Shown in pieces: positions 1 through 12,272 of a DNA stretch of 64,000 nt. The notes under the pieces were generated by a model that saw only the letters and a list, made by a program, of their open reading frames with translations, was not told the DNA's origin and did not search any database. Position 1 is the first letter of the stretch. Every line of letters begins with the position of its first letter. Location: positions 44,625,921-44,689,920 of the forward strand of contig NC_057719.1 in assembly GCF_004010195.1 (NCBI RefSeq), given 5' to 3'. The DNA is from Chiloscyllium plagiosum (taxonomy: Eukaryota). The translations under genes were made by a program, and so were the position numbers.

Positions 1-1328
1 GGTATGATAGATTCAGGATTTAAACGTTGGGCAGCTCGGGGTATATCTTGCATGGGTGATTTATTTGAGGGAGATGTAATGATATCCTTCGATCAGTTAG
101 CACAGAAGTACAAGTTACCTAATAGAGACCTCTTTCGTTTTTTTCAAGTTAGGGGTTTTATTCAAAAAAGGACCACACTTTTGACTGATCCCTACAGAAG
201 TACAAGTTACCTAATAGAGACCTCTTTCGTTTTTTTCAAGTTAGGGGTTTTATTCAAAAAAGGACCACACTTTTGACTGATCCCTACAAATCTGACATAG
301 AAAGAGGGGTACTAAGGGCTAAGAGTACACTCTCTGTCAGTACTCTATATCACCAATTGGGTGGCCACCTCAGATGAATCTGATCGACTCTGCAAGATGT
401 GGGAAAGAGAGCTGGATGTTGAAGTTTCTTCAGAGGTATGGAAGGATATTTGGGAGAATGCTAGGAAGATATCAATTTGCAATAGGACTCATGCTTTACA
501 GTTGAAGATTCTCCACAGGGTCCACTTAGCCCCAGACCGTTTGTCAAAATTTAAACGAGGGGTATCTTCAGCATGTCCCAAGTGCAAGGTCTGTACGGGT
601 ACTCTTACCCATTGTCTTTGGTCTTGTGACAGGCTTCAAACATATTGAAGCGCTGTGGTGGGTGCAATGGAGAGGATTTTAGGTGTAGGGGTGGAGAAGG
701 ACCCTATTTCTCTCCTTTTGGGCCTACCCATTGTATTTCCTGCAGACTCACATAAGGCAAAACTTTTCAATATTCTTACATTCTGTGCAAGGATGAATAT
801 CTTGCTAGGTTGTATATCAGAAAACCCCCCCAGGCCTGTCGGGTTGGCGGAAGATTGTTATGGAGCATATTCCCCTGGATTTTCTCACACATATGGTACA
901 CCACAAAACTGAGAATTTTTACAAGACATGGCAACCCTTTTTGAAATACCTGGACACAGATTTATCTGCCCAACTAACAAGGGCTTTTATATAACGGTAA
1001 CGATTGTGTTTCATGAGTCCAATATCCAGGGAGGAGGAACTGTGAATGTATGAATGTTTTGTTTGGCTGGGCTGAGTTATTACTATTTATTTATTTGTTT
1101 GTTGTCAGGTATTTATTTAGTTAGTTAAATAGCTAGTTTAGGGTTTTTTTTAATTTTATACTTCTCTATATATGTTTATACATTCATATAGGAGAGTGGG
1201 TTGGGGAATTTTTTTTATTATTTGGATTTAGTTTTGTACTATTTTTGTACTGTTTTGAATTGCATTGTTTGTAGTTGTAATATTTAAAAATCTATTTTTT
1301 CTTAATAAAAATATATTATATTAAAAAA
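1..1328 (+). mobile_element. L1-clade LINE, 3' fragment (ORF2 C-terminus, 3' UTR, poly(A) remnant), frameshifted
   Basis: Translation contains WERELDV...LQLKILHRVHLAPDRL...CPKC...GTLTHCLWSC, the CCHC zinc-knuckle region of L1-type ORF2. T-rich 3' UTR, AATAAA at 1304-1309, A-run at 1323-1328. Confidence 0.85.
102..288. repeat. 92-bp exact tandem duplication inside L1 ORF2
   Basis: 102-193 is repeated at 194-285, with ACA microhomology at 102, 194 and 286. Confidence 0.9.
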
Positions 1329-1559
1329 GGAGCTCTGAAAGATATTGTGGTCGAATCCATGATTTGGGTGCTTGTCTCTGAGCACAATGTGTCCTTACAG
1401 CAGCATACAATGACAGGTGCTTGTACACTCCAATATGTAACATTGAGATACAGACCCATTCTGTACATGGATTAGAAATGAGCCATGAGGGTGCAGGGAG
1501 GCTGGTGCATGTCTAAAGCCAATGTTTATGGATGGGGGATGTGGGTGGTCAGTGTCGAT

Positions 1560-1890
1560 AGAACATCACCTGAGATGTTGGTGATTGCTATCCAAGATGG
1601 AGGGCTGAGGAGCAAGTGATCAGTTGGAGTCACCAAGTAACTGCTCTGACTTGCATGTCAGGAATTATCACTGTCTGTATTCATATGGTGGGTGTGAGAA
1701 TGGGAAACTGCATATCACTGAGGTGAGATTAGGTAATAAATAAATGTTAATGCATGCAAATCCATGCATGCAAAAACATGCAAATAGTCTCTCATTGCTC
1801 ACCAGCAAGCAACACCTTTTACTGTTCAAGTTCAACCAACTTGGTTGTTTAATGAGACTTTTTGCTCCTGACATTGAGAATCATCCCCAC
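1560..1890. mobile_element. Old dispersed repeat, copy 1 of 3 (possibly a PIF/Harbinger-type terminal region)
   Basis: Shares gtaactg(c/t)tctgactt-catg...gaatgggaaactgcat-tca-tgaggtgagatta...tgttaatgcat-caaat with 8150-8540 and 27290-27515. Confidence 0.5.
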
Positions 1891-2029
1891 TTTAGTGTCA
1901 ATGCTCCTGTCATTCAGTGTCTGTGAAGACTTTTCCCATTAATTCTGCTTCATTCTGAGTGTTTCCTGAATCTTCAATTTTTATGTCAGATTTTCAATAT
2001 CCACAGTATCTATCGTCTCTTGTTTAAAA

Positions 2030-2381
2030 TTATGGAATCCAGACATTGCAGATAAAGGCCACTCAGCCCATCAATTCTGCATCGACCTTCTAAGAGAATC
2101 TTGCCCAGACTCAACTCCTCCATCCTATCCCCATAACCCTGTAGTTACCATGGCCAACTCACCTCGCCTATGCATCCCAGAACATGGCGGGACAATTCAC
2201 CACAGCCAACTCACCCAGCCTGCACATCTTTGGATAGTGGCAGAAAACTGGAGCACTTGGTGTCTCCATGCAGATACAGGAAGAACATGTAAACTCTACA
2301 CAGACAGCCATCTCAGGCTGGAATTGAACCCGGGTCTATGGTGCTGTGAGGCAGCAGTGCTAACCACTGAGTCACCATGCC
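2030..2381 (-). mobile_element. tRNA-derived V-SINE (HE1-like)
   Basis: Reverse complement begins ggcatggtgactcagtggttagcactgctgcctcacagc, has a B-box (gggttcaattcc) and ends in a CR1-like 3' tail. Confidence 0.8.
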
Positions 2382-3280
2382 TCAATGGAATTATAATTCT
2401 TCATTTTCTCCGTTGTTGATGGTGTTGGATTTTCCCATGATTCCAAAAGTATTTTCTCTCTGGTGGAAGTGAAAACTAGGTAAATATATGAATTGCAGGA
2501 AACTGTTCTCCTATTAGACACAGAGCAGTTAGGTATTAGTTGGGATATAGTGGGACATTAAGGACAGTTATTGTTTCCAATAGCTTCCATGATTTTTAGA
2601 TCAAAGAACAAAGAAAATTTACAGCCCAGGAAAAGGCCCTTCGGCCCACCAAGCCTGAACCAATCCAAATGTGCTGTCTGAACCTGTCGGTCAATCTGTA
2701 TCTCTCTGCTCCCCACCTACTCAAGCATCTGTCCAGATGCATCTTAAATGAATCTACCGTGCCTGCCTCTACCACCTCTGCTGGCAACGCGTTCCAAACA
2801 CCCACCACCCTCTGTGTGAAGTACTTGCCGTGTGTATCCCCCTTAAAATTTCCACCTCTGACCTTGAAAGCATGACTTCTCGTTATTGAATCCTTCACCC
2901 TGGAAAAAAGCTTGTCTCTATCCACCCTGTCTATACCCTTCACGATTTTGTAAATCTCAATCAGGTCCCCTCTCAATCTCCTTTTTTCTAATGAAAATAA
3001 ACCTTACCTACTCATCCTCTCCTCATAGCTAGCACCTTCCATACCGGGCAACATACTCGTAAACTTTCTCTGCACCCTCTCCAAAGCGTCCACATCCTTT
3101 TGGTAGTGTGGCAACCAGAACTGTACACAGTATTCTAAATGTGGCCGAACCAATGTCTTGTACAACTTTAACATGACTTGCCAGCCCTTATACTCAATAG
3201 CCCGTCCAATGAAGGCAAGCATACTATATGCCTTCTTGACCACTCTATCCACCTGTGCAGCAAACTTCAGAGTACAATGG

Positions 3281-3560
3281 GTGGCACGGTGGCTCAGTGG
3301 TTAGCACTGCTGCCTCACAGCATCAGGTTCCCAGGTTCTATTCCAGCCTTGGGCAACTGTCTGTGTCTGCGTGGGTCCACTCCAGTTTCCTCCCACAGTC
3401 CAAAGATGTGCATGTCAGATGAATTGGCCAGGCTAAATTGCCCATTGTGATAGGTGCATTAGTCAGAGGGAAATGGGTCTGGGTAGGTTACTCTTCAGAG
3501 GGTCAGTGTGGACTGGTTGGGCCGAAGGGCCTGTTTCCACCATGTAGGGAATCTAATCTA
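3281..3560 (+). mobile_element. V-SINE (HE1-like) inserted in CR1
   Basis: A-box tggctcagtggttag, B-box-like ggttctattcc, (AATCT)n tail, AATGG duplication at 3276-3280 and 3561-3565. Confidence 0.9.
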
Positions 3561-4190
3561 AATGGACCTGCACTACAAGATTCCTGCCTATCAACTTTTC
3601 CCAAGGCTCTTCTGTTCATTGTATAATTCGCTCTAGAATTAGTCTTGCCTAAATGCATCACCTCACATTTGTCTGGATTGAAAACCATCTGCCACTTTTC
3701 CACCCAACTCTCCAGTCTATCTATATCCTCCTGTATTCTCTGACAGTCCATCATGCTTTTTGCTACTCTACCAATCTTCGTGTCATCTGCAAACTTGCTG
3801 ATCATACCAACAGTGTCCTCTACCAGATCATTTATGTACATTACAAACAACAGTAGCCCCAATACTGACCCCTGTGGAACACCATTGGTCACCTTTCTCC
3901 ATTTTGAGAAACTCCCTTCAACTACTACTCTCTGTATCCTGTTGCTCAACCAGTTCTTTATCCACCTAGCTAGAATGCCCTGCACACCATGTAACTTCAC
4001 TTTCTCCATTAGTCTACAATGGGGAATCATCAAATGCCTTCCTAAAGTACATGTATATGACATCAACAGCCCTTCCTCCGCCTATCAACTTGGTCACTTC
4101 CTCGAAGAACTCTATTAAGTTGGTAAGGAATGATCTCCCCTGCACAAAACCATGTTGCTTACCACTGATAAGCCCATTCTTTTCTAAATA

Positions 4191-4274
4191 TAAATAGATC
4201 CTATCCCTCAGTACCTTTTAAATAGATCCTATCCCTCAGTACCTTATAAATAGATCCTATCCCTCAGTACCTTT
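4191..4274. repeat. 3 x 28-bp tandem repeat at the CR1 5'-truncation point
   Basis: taaatagatcctatccctcagtacctt(t/a) starts at 4191, 4219 and 4247. Confidence 0.9.
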
Positions 4275-4479
4275 TATGCAGAAACTTGGGAGTAGAATCA
4301 CAGCCAGCCAGTTTACGTTGAGATACATGTTTGCTCTCAGTATCTAATGTTGTCAAGGGAGGAAGAAATGGGTGCTCAAGATGTTTGTCAGATTCTGAAC
4401 TGCTAGTTATCCATTTTTGAGGCATGAGAAGGATGTTTGTCAATATTGCAACTAGCAGTTTCTCAAGATAATGAAGCAG

Positions 4480-5302
4480 TCCAACAAGCATGCAGCAACT
4501 TTCACACCTGAGCTGATTAGTGGCAAATAACATTCACACCATACAAGTGTCAAGCAATGCCCATCCCCAACAAAACAAAGGCTAATTATATCCCCCTTGA
4601 CACCAATGGTGTTACCATTGCTAAAACACCACTATCAACATTCTGGGGGGGGAAGGGGGTATCATTGATCAGAAATGTAACTGAACCAGTTATGTAAACA
4701 CAGTGACTACAAGACCAGGCTGGGTATTTTGTGAAAGGTAATTCACTTCTTCATTCCCTAAATTATTTCCGATATTTCCAAGGTATATTTTAGAGTATGC
4801 TATACTATCCCCCACCTCTCTGGCTGAGTGTACCTTCAAAAATGTTCATGAAGCCTGACACCATACATAACAAAAGATTCCTGCTTACTTTGACACCCCG
4901 TCCAGTGTTCAACAATTACTCTCTATACAATTAGCAACCCATTGTTGCAATGTGTTTCCATCTACAAGGTGCACTACAGCAACGCATGCAGGCTCCTTCA
5001 AAAGCACTATCCAAATCCGCAATCTCCACCACCTAGAAGGACAGTGGCAACAGGAAAATGGGAAACTGCATCATCTACAAGTCCTCCTCAATGTCACATA
5101 TCTTCCTGATGTGGAATTACATCATTGTTCCTTCATTGCTGCGGGCTCTATAACCTGGAACTTCCTCTCAACAGCATTGTGAATGTAACTATATCACATG
5201 GACTGCAGCAGTTCAAGAAGGCAGCTCATTGCTACCTTCTCATGGTATATGGGCAATAAATGCAGCCTTGCTAGCATTACCCGCAGCCAATGAACAAATA
5301 TA
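4480..5302 (+). mobile_element. Ancient CR1/L2-clade LINE 3' fragment, heavily decayed
   Basis: Decayed RT C-terminal motifs (WQITF...KCQAM, INILG...IDQK) and a 3' end cagcagttcaagaaggcagctca...gggcaataaatg. Related pieces recur at 19760-20205, 21830-21925 and 53700-54000. Confidence 0.6.
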
Positions 5303-7723
5303 ATATGCAATATTTTACAACTGTAGTATTTTTTTATATATGAACGTGAATGTTGACAGCAACAAGTTAAGGGAGAATACTCCTTTCCTGTTAAAAGTGG
5401 AAGTGTAAGAATACTTCAATTTCGCAGAATTTTGTCAAGCAGAATCCAATGTGTTGGGAATGCAAACTTCCCATTGGGAACTGTTTGAATGAGTTGGATC
5501 GGAGCATCAGTTTTTGGATCTGCATCTTGTTATTTGGTAATTTGTTCATGTCATTTTGATTAGTGTGTGTAATCTTATGATAGATACTGCAATAAATCAA
5601 GATAAATGTGACTGTATTTTCATTAACAAAACATATCAATTGCTCTCTGATTTCTTCACACCAGAAATATTGCATGTGTTTAGCAATATACATTCAAATA
5701 AACTCCAGTTAAATTTTGTTGCTTTACAAAGTTTAAAATTCTAATACCAGTTGTTTTGTGAATCTAGAAGCAAGCAAAAAGAAAGCTCTACTTACATGCC
5801 ACTTTCCATGGCCAAAACATATGAAATAATTTGGCATTTAATGATTCTGTATGTAAGTTACAAAAAATGTTGCCTTTTCTCCAATTTGAAATATGTTTCC
5901 AGTTAGTGAATATCACCCCATGACTCGGTATTATCAGTACATTGATTATAGTCCACCCCATAAAACAAATTCAGTCATATCTATTAAACAGTATTTATTA
6001 TTTTAAAATGTTATATATAAATTATTTATACATAAATTATTCTAAGAAGTTATCTTTATACACAATTTCAATTCAAATTAACAGATGTTTGAATTGAACA
6101 ATTGAATGAAGTGCACTGTCTGAGTTGATTTGAACTCTGAGTAGGTGATCAATGGGGCAATTGTGAAACGCACTCACAAATGTAAAGTTGAAGATGGCAT
6201 CCTGGTTTTGATTCACAATGTTTATCAGTTGCTCACTTGAAACAGGCAGAAATCCAAGTTGGTTGATAAGCAGCAGAAGAGAATGTTTGGGCAGGCAATG
6301 TTTGACACTAAGGGGGAAGGCAAGGTGCAGGACAGGGAATTTAAAAGGCTGCATAGGGTCCATAGGAGGGCCCAGTGTCTACTGTTGCTACTTAATTTGG
6401 ACTCACAAAGGAACATTTTTCACATGTCTTGGAGGGCTTCTGTTCTATGTGGCATCTACTTCAGTGGATGTAACTTGCCAGTTCTTGTCCCAGTTAAATA
6501 AGCTACTTTTAGTGCAGTTAGAACCCAGTTTTTAATAAGTTCACGAGGCTTCTGGACTAAGTGGGTACAGAACCCTACAGGTTAAAATCAACAACATCTG
6601 GGAAGAGTTAAATTTTGAGTGAATCACTAGTCCTTTCAATATAAACTGCCTACAACTCATGGTTTCTGCCAGGTGGACGGTGTTAGAATTAACTCCTCTG
6701 TTTCAATGCATGTTCATGCTAATTTCGTGAGCCATTTTACAATTCAGAAGTTAACAAAGTCATCAGGCAACTATACAAAGTAAAATTAGAAGGGAACAGA
6801 TATTCATGTTGTATTCCAAATTAGATAATAAAAGGCATCCTGATAGAAATTACAACCAGGTTGTGCAATAAATGGGAAAAAAATTAGATCAGAAGTGTCC
6901 ATGCATCTGTTAACCTTCAATTCCTATAGATATCATATAGTTACTGTTTGATTCCACATACTCCTAAATACAATAAATGATAGCTTTGTGTAATAATCTT
7001 CCCAATTTTCCATCCATCCATACTGCAATTGTCAGCTTAGCATCTTGTTGTCTTGTGGGACATAAGTTCTAACTTCCGTCTTTTGTGCTAGACCACTATT
7101 AATTATATTAATGTATATTAATTTCCTTTTGGAAATAAGTTCCCAAATGAATAGAATATTGGGTTACATGTGTTTAGAATTAAATTCAGCATAGGAGGAT
7201 ACCAACTGGCTTTCTACACAATGAAGCAGATTAGGAAGGAGACAGTGGAAGTATAAATTTTAATTTTACAAATATATTTGGAAACAGGGATAATACCAAA
7301 AGACTATAAATTCAACAAAATGGAAATAAATAAGTCGAGACTATAACCAGTTGATTTTATCTTGGCTGTGGATAAAAGTTGAGTCTATAAAACAAGTAAA
7401 AGTTAGTAAGCATTAAGAACAAAATGGGGATAGATTGTGGATTGTAAAAAGCTGCCCATAGTTGACTGAATTATTAGAGCATTGGAGATAATAAGTGCAG
7501 TCTCGATAGAAGTGAAGGAAATTGATTTCATCCCTAATATCTGCTTTGGTGACATCCCATTGTAACAAGAGGAAGATTGGGATTTCTGTTATGCAAAAGG
7601 CTAATTTAGTCTACAAGGAAGATGGGAAGTATGTCAGAGAATTAACCAATATTTAAAAGGATGGATGATTAGCTAAGTTCAACTGTTATTGAAGCATTGC
7701 TCATGTGACTATTGGAATGGGGG

Positions 7724-8109
7724 AAAATGAGGACTGCAGATCAGAGTCAAAACGTGTGGCGCTGGAAAAGCACAGCAGTTCAGACAGCATCTGAGGAGCA
7801 GGAGAATTGACGTTTCAGACATAAGCCCTTCATCAGGAATGGCAGGGGGAGCCCAAGGAGGCTCAGAGATAAATGGGAGGGTTGTGGAGATGGGGTGATG
7901 TTAGCTTGGAAGGCGAAAGGTAGATGAAGGTGCAGCGTGATGGTGATAGGTCAGATCGGAGGTTAGAGCAGATAGATGGGAAGGAAGATGGACAGGTAGG
8001 ACAGTTCAAGAGGGCGGTACCAAGTTGAAGGGTTGGATCTGGGATAAGTTGAGGGAGGGGAGATGAGGAAATTGGTGAAATTGACATTGATGCCGTGTGG
8101 TTGGAGTGT
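7724..8109 (-). mobile_element. Penelope-like element 3' end (GIY-YIG C-terminus plus 3' UTR with hammerhead motif)
   Basis: Minus strand encodes TLQPHGINVNFTNFL (the TLxPxGxN end of PLE endonucleases), then a pyrimidine-rich UTR and CTGATGA-agggcttatgtct-GAAACGTC. Confidence 0.72.
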
Positions 8110-8149
8110 TTGTTGCTTGTTGGCTGTCAAAGGTTTGTAGATGGAGAAG

Positions 8150-8540
8150 TGCATGCAATGCTACATGTTCCCTGACATGATGGTGATTGCTGACCAGGCT
8201 GGAGGTTGTAGGAGCAAGCAGTGAGCTAGAGTTGTCGGGTAACTGTTCTGACTTTCATGTTGGTTATTTTCAGCATCTTGTTTCTATTCTGTCAATGAAA
8301 GAATGGGAAACTGCATGTCAATGAGGTGAGATTAAGAATAGTTAGACAGGAATGCATGTTAATGCATACAAATAGGCCTCTCATACTTACCAGCGAGAAC
8401 CTCTTCTCACTGTAAAAACATTGACTGGAAAATGGGACTTCGTGTTCTCAATATTGAGAAGTTCAATGGTGGACATGTCACTCGATGTTTCTAACTTTCT
8501 TGCCATGGTCCAGGTTGTTCAGGGTCTAGGAAGATTCTGC
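8150..8540. mobile_element. Old dispersed repeat, copy 2 of 3
   Basis: Visible alignment to 1560-1890 and 27290-27515. Confidence 0.5.
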
Positions 8541-9249
8541 ACATAAAGTATGAGAGGTAAGGATTGGATGAATGGTAGAAAATATATATTGGCAATTATG
8601 TCTTCCTTTACTTTGACTATTTGTTTAGGTCACTGACCTTTATGCATTGGTTGTAGTTTTTAGGATGGTATAAGTTGCACTTATTGCCTCTGTCAGCTCA
8701 AGGTCAAATGCATGTACCATACTTCCACTGTATTGTGCTTCTACTGAAACTCTTGCCTTTACTGTCCAAGATTATGCCTCTTCAGGCTGTCAGTGAACTT
8801 AGCAGCCCCTCCAGAGAGCCATCTGAGAGTCAAATCTTACTACTACTGCAGTAAAATATACCATTCTCATTCTTCTTGATGTCATCCTCTGACTGGCTGC
8901 AGGGCTCTGACTGGTCATTTTAGTAGGATATTTGCAAATTTATCTGAGTGGGAGGGATTCATGGTCTACTTCTAATGGTAGAATAACTCAGTACAATGTG
9001 CCTGGAGAAATAACTTATTACACTGAAGGTAGCCAGTGTGGACTCTTTTGTCATTGCCAGCAGAGCTCAGGAGGTTGATGCTGAATATAGAAGCAGCCAA
9101 GTTGGAAGGGATTGAAGAGAGCTGAAACTGAGAGTTTCAAAATGGAGTCAAAACAAATGGTCAGAGAGAGTGAGATTGGAAGCCTGAACAAAACAATCGC
9201 GGCTCCAAGTTTTTTGAAGTCAGTGTGGGAGTTCAGTTTGGGAAGAATA

Positions 9250-9418
9250 GATGAAATAGGAGCAGGAGGAGGTCAATTAGCCCATTAAACCTGCTCTACA
9301 ATTCCACCAGGTCATGATCAATCTTCTATGTCAGTACTGCTTTCCTGCATTACCTCCCTATCCCTTGATATCTGTAATATTTAGAAATTTTGTTAAAATC
9401 TTGTTGAAATCTTGAACA
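9250..9418 (-). mobile_element. Old CR1 3'-tail fragment
   Basis: aaataggagcaggaggaggtcaattagccc...cctgct matches the reverse-complement CR1 tail also seen at 40960-41178. Confidence 0.6.
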
Positions 9419-9638
9419 CAGGGCAACTCACGTATCCGCAGAATCATTTTCCACGGTTTCAGTTATCCACGGTTTATCGTGGCCCGAACATATTTTAGGG
9501 AACCTGCAGAACCAGGACCAAGGTATTGCCGGGTAGGTAAATTTCCCATTAAAAGGAATGGGTTCGCTCTTATCCGTGGTTTTGGGCTTCTGCGGTAGGT
9601 GTTGGAATATGTTTCCTGTGGATATGGGGAGACTACGG
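9419..9638. mobile_element. Tigger/pogo-type MITE
   Basis: Imperfect terminal inverted repeats (cag-ggcaactcacgtatccgcag versus ctgtggatatggggagactacgg), TA on the right flank, internal tatcc(a/g)cgg repeats. Interrupts an old CR1 tail. Confidence 0.55.
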
Positions 9639-9688
9639 TATACTCAATGAGTGAGCCACCACAGAAGCATGACAAGGCAGACGAAGTG

Positions 9689-10019
9689 ATAGAGTCACAG
9701 AGATGTACAGCTGGGAAACAGACCCTTCGGTCCACCCCTTCCATGCTGACCAGATATCCTAACCCAATCTAGTCCCACCTGCCAGCACCCGACCCATATC
9801 CCTCCAAACCCTTNNNNNNNNNNNNNNNNNNNNNNNNNNNNNNNNNNNNNNNNNNNNNNNNNNNNNNNNNNNNNNNNNNNNNNNNNNNNNNNNNNNNNNN
9901 NNNNNNNNNNNNNNNNNNNNNNNNNNNNNNNNNNNNNNNNNNNNNNNNNNNNNNNCCAACCCTGGCAACATCCTTGTAAATCTTTTCTGAACCCTTTCAA
10001 GTTTCACAACATATTTCCG
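9689..10019 (-). mobile_element. CR1 3' fragment spanning the assembly gap
   Basis: Both flanks align to the CR1 at 13341-13860 (MKLERVQKRFTRMLPGL on one side, the tail on the other). Confidence 0.85.
9814..9955. other. Assembly gap (142 N)
   Basis: Run of N. Confidence 1.
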
Positions 10020-10970
10020 TGTCTGAGAAGAAGCACAATTTTTCGCATCTTCTTTCTGAATGCATTTTTCACTTCAGAACTTTAACCTGTAATCTGTACT
10101 GACATTTCATTACCCAGGGATTGCTGCTCTGAGACTGTACTATGTAAATGCAGGCTGCAAGAGGCAGCAATTTTCTGTTCACCTCTTTTTAAATAGTGCA
10201 CTAATGAATAAGGGAATAAAAATAACTTTACAAAAATCAGTACAAAGACATTAGAACTCTTTTAAACTTTTCAATTGTTTTGTTTTTGGTTTTGTCATTG
10301 ACCTCAGCAGGTCATTAGGAATCAGAAGTGACAAACTAGTGTTTTGTTTAGATAAAAGTTTTTCTGAAAGATTGTAACTGCTGAGTGTAACCAGACCTTG
10401 GTTCAATGTTTATTCAGCAGCCTGCAGCAAGTACAGATATCTGATAGATCACTTCTCAGTAAGGTCACAGGATAAATGCGTAAGTAATGACACACAGATG
10501 TTTATTTCCTGCTGTTTAAATGCCTTCAAGTCACAGACATTATATTAAAAATATTTGAATATGTATTAACAATGATAGGAGTGTACTGTGCATTCAAATA
10601 TTAAGTAAGAGTACAAATTAATTCCAAATGACTACAACTGTAAGATGCTTATAATAACACATTCAATTATTTATCTTACAGCTCTCCACTGTGTGTGAAC
10701 CAATTGGTATAAGGGAGAGCAACTGCATTGAAAATAATAGAGAAAATCTGCAGAAATGTATGTTTAGCCAGATCTTATTTTAAATTTATCCTAAATCAAA
10801 CATAAACAAACTAGGCTAAACTTTTTAAAAGTTTTATTATTCAAAAAACATCATGTGTAATCCAGATTTCTGTTCTTGTTTTTAATTAGGAATATAAGTA
10901 TTATGTAATAATACCTCCTATGTTATATGTGGAAAAATTGGGAACACTGTCGGTTAGAATTGAAATAATG

Positions 10971-10990
10971 CTCTCTCTCTCTCTCTCTCT
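10971..10990. repeat. (CT)10 microsatellite
   Basis: Seen directly. Confidence 0.95.
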
Positions 10991-11140
10991 TTCTTCACCA
11001 CTGAATGTTGAAAAGAACAGAACTTTAATAGTAATAAGCATCTGGTTTGGGATTTGAGATAATTGTTACATTTGCCAAAAATGGTAACATCGCTGGAAGT
11101 CAGCTCCAAGGCATTTGCCTTGTTTTGGATTTAACTCAGG

Positions 11141-11186
11141 GTGTGTGGATGTATGTGTGTGTGTGTGTGCGCGTGTGTGCGTGTGT
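11141..11186. repeat. Imperfect (GT)n/(GC) microsatellite
   Basis: Seen directly. Confidence 0.9.
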
Positions 11187-11499
11187 AACCTTCTCTGTTT
11201 ATAATACTTACATTAAGGAAGGAGTTTGTCACCAACATTTAACTTCAAGACCACAATCTGTTGAATGTGTGCAAAATATTTTTTTTTGTGAAATTTGGAG
11301 TTTAAAATGAGAGATGTATAAGGGCGGGGTTAATGCTGTGGAAATCTTTTTAATAAAATGATCAGAATGTCATTCTGGAACAGTGACCTTAATGCATCAT
11401 TTCCAAGAAGACGTGTGACAGTATCTTATGGTGATAATGGAATAAGACACATGCTTTTGAGTTGATGTAAACATATTAACCCATTGGTTTTGTTTTCAG

Positions 11500-11790
11500 T
11501 TAAGATCAGAAAAAGTTTTGGTTGGATGAATTAAGAGGTTCAGAAGCAAGTTTTTCGATTCTCTCCCAGCAGGTCTTACATCATTTCATAAGAAATTAGT
11601 CACTGCAGCAGCAGTGTTTTTTCTCTCTTTCTGAAGTTTCCAAGCCAGGAGAGAATGGGATAGCAATATTTGTTAATAGAATGAAGATTTTGAGGCCATC
11701 CAAATTTTGAAAGGTTCATGCCATCAGATGTAGAGCAGAATTGTAAAATTATCTCAACAAGTTCAAGAATGAGAAACTGGAAGAAGTCAG
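11500..11790 (+). other. Candidate host-gene exon (5' UTR plus a possible short coding start)
   Basis: Acceptor ttggttttgttttcag ends at 11499. Donor CAG|GTAAGT at 11790/11791 is a perfect consensus. ATG at 11718 is open to the donor (MPSDVEQNCKIISTSSRMRNWKKS, phase 1). Unique sequence; protein not recognised. Confidence 0.35.
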
Positions 11791-11897
11791 GTAAGTAGAA
11801 ACTTTAAGACTTTAGTCTCTGAAATGGATGGAGTTGGTGAACAAGTTGAAACATTATTTTAATGTCTGTATTAAGGTGTTTCTTATACATATGTGTG

Positions 11898-12195
11898 TGG
11901 CACAGTGGCACAGTGATTAGCACTGCTGCCTCACAGCGCCAGAGACCAGGGTTCAATTCCCACCTCAGGCGACTGAATGGAGTTTGCAAATTCTCCCCGT
12001 GTCTGCGTGGGTTTCCTCCGGTTTCCTCCCACAGTCCAAAAATGTGCAGGTTAAGTGAATTGGCCATGCTAAATTGCCCGTAGTGTTAGGTGAAGGGGTA
12101 AATGTAGGGGAATGGGTCTGGGTGGGTTGTGCTTCGGTGGGTTGGTGTGGACTTGTTGGGCCAAAGGGCCTGTTTCCACACTGTCAGTAATCTAG
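11898..12195 (+). mobile_element. V-SINE (HE1-like)
   Basis: Head tggcacagtgattagcactgctgcctcacagc, B-box gggttcaattcc, core gtctgcgtgggtttcctccg, CR1-like tail. Confidence 0.9.
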
Positions 12196-12272
12196 TATGT
12201 GTGTGTATATATATATATATTATATATATATATAAATGTATGTGTGTTTGTAACATACACACACGTGCGCGT
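12196..12272. repeat. Compound (TG)/(TA)/(CA) microsatellite
   Basis: Seen directly after the SINE tail. Confidence 0.85.

Larger units (their letters stand above)
2597..4274 (-). mobile_element. 5'-truncated CR1 LINE (RT to 3' tail), interrupted by a SINE
   Basis: Minus-strand ORFs contain GVPQGSVLG, SKFADDTK, LVRPHLEYCVQFW and RGDLIEIYKI. The (TTCTTTG)-type tail is at the left end. Confidence 0.92.

Noticed and set aside
3281..3350. SINE heads as tRNA genes (also near 11898, 28243 and 37040)
   Set aside because: A/B boxes run into SINE bodies and tails; no complete cloverleaf is evident.
5796..5846. Possible 51-nt minus-strand exon (cag...|gtaagtag)
   Set aside because: Peptides not recognised and no partner exons; such sites occur by chance in AT-rich DNA.
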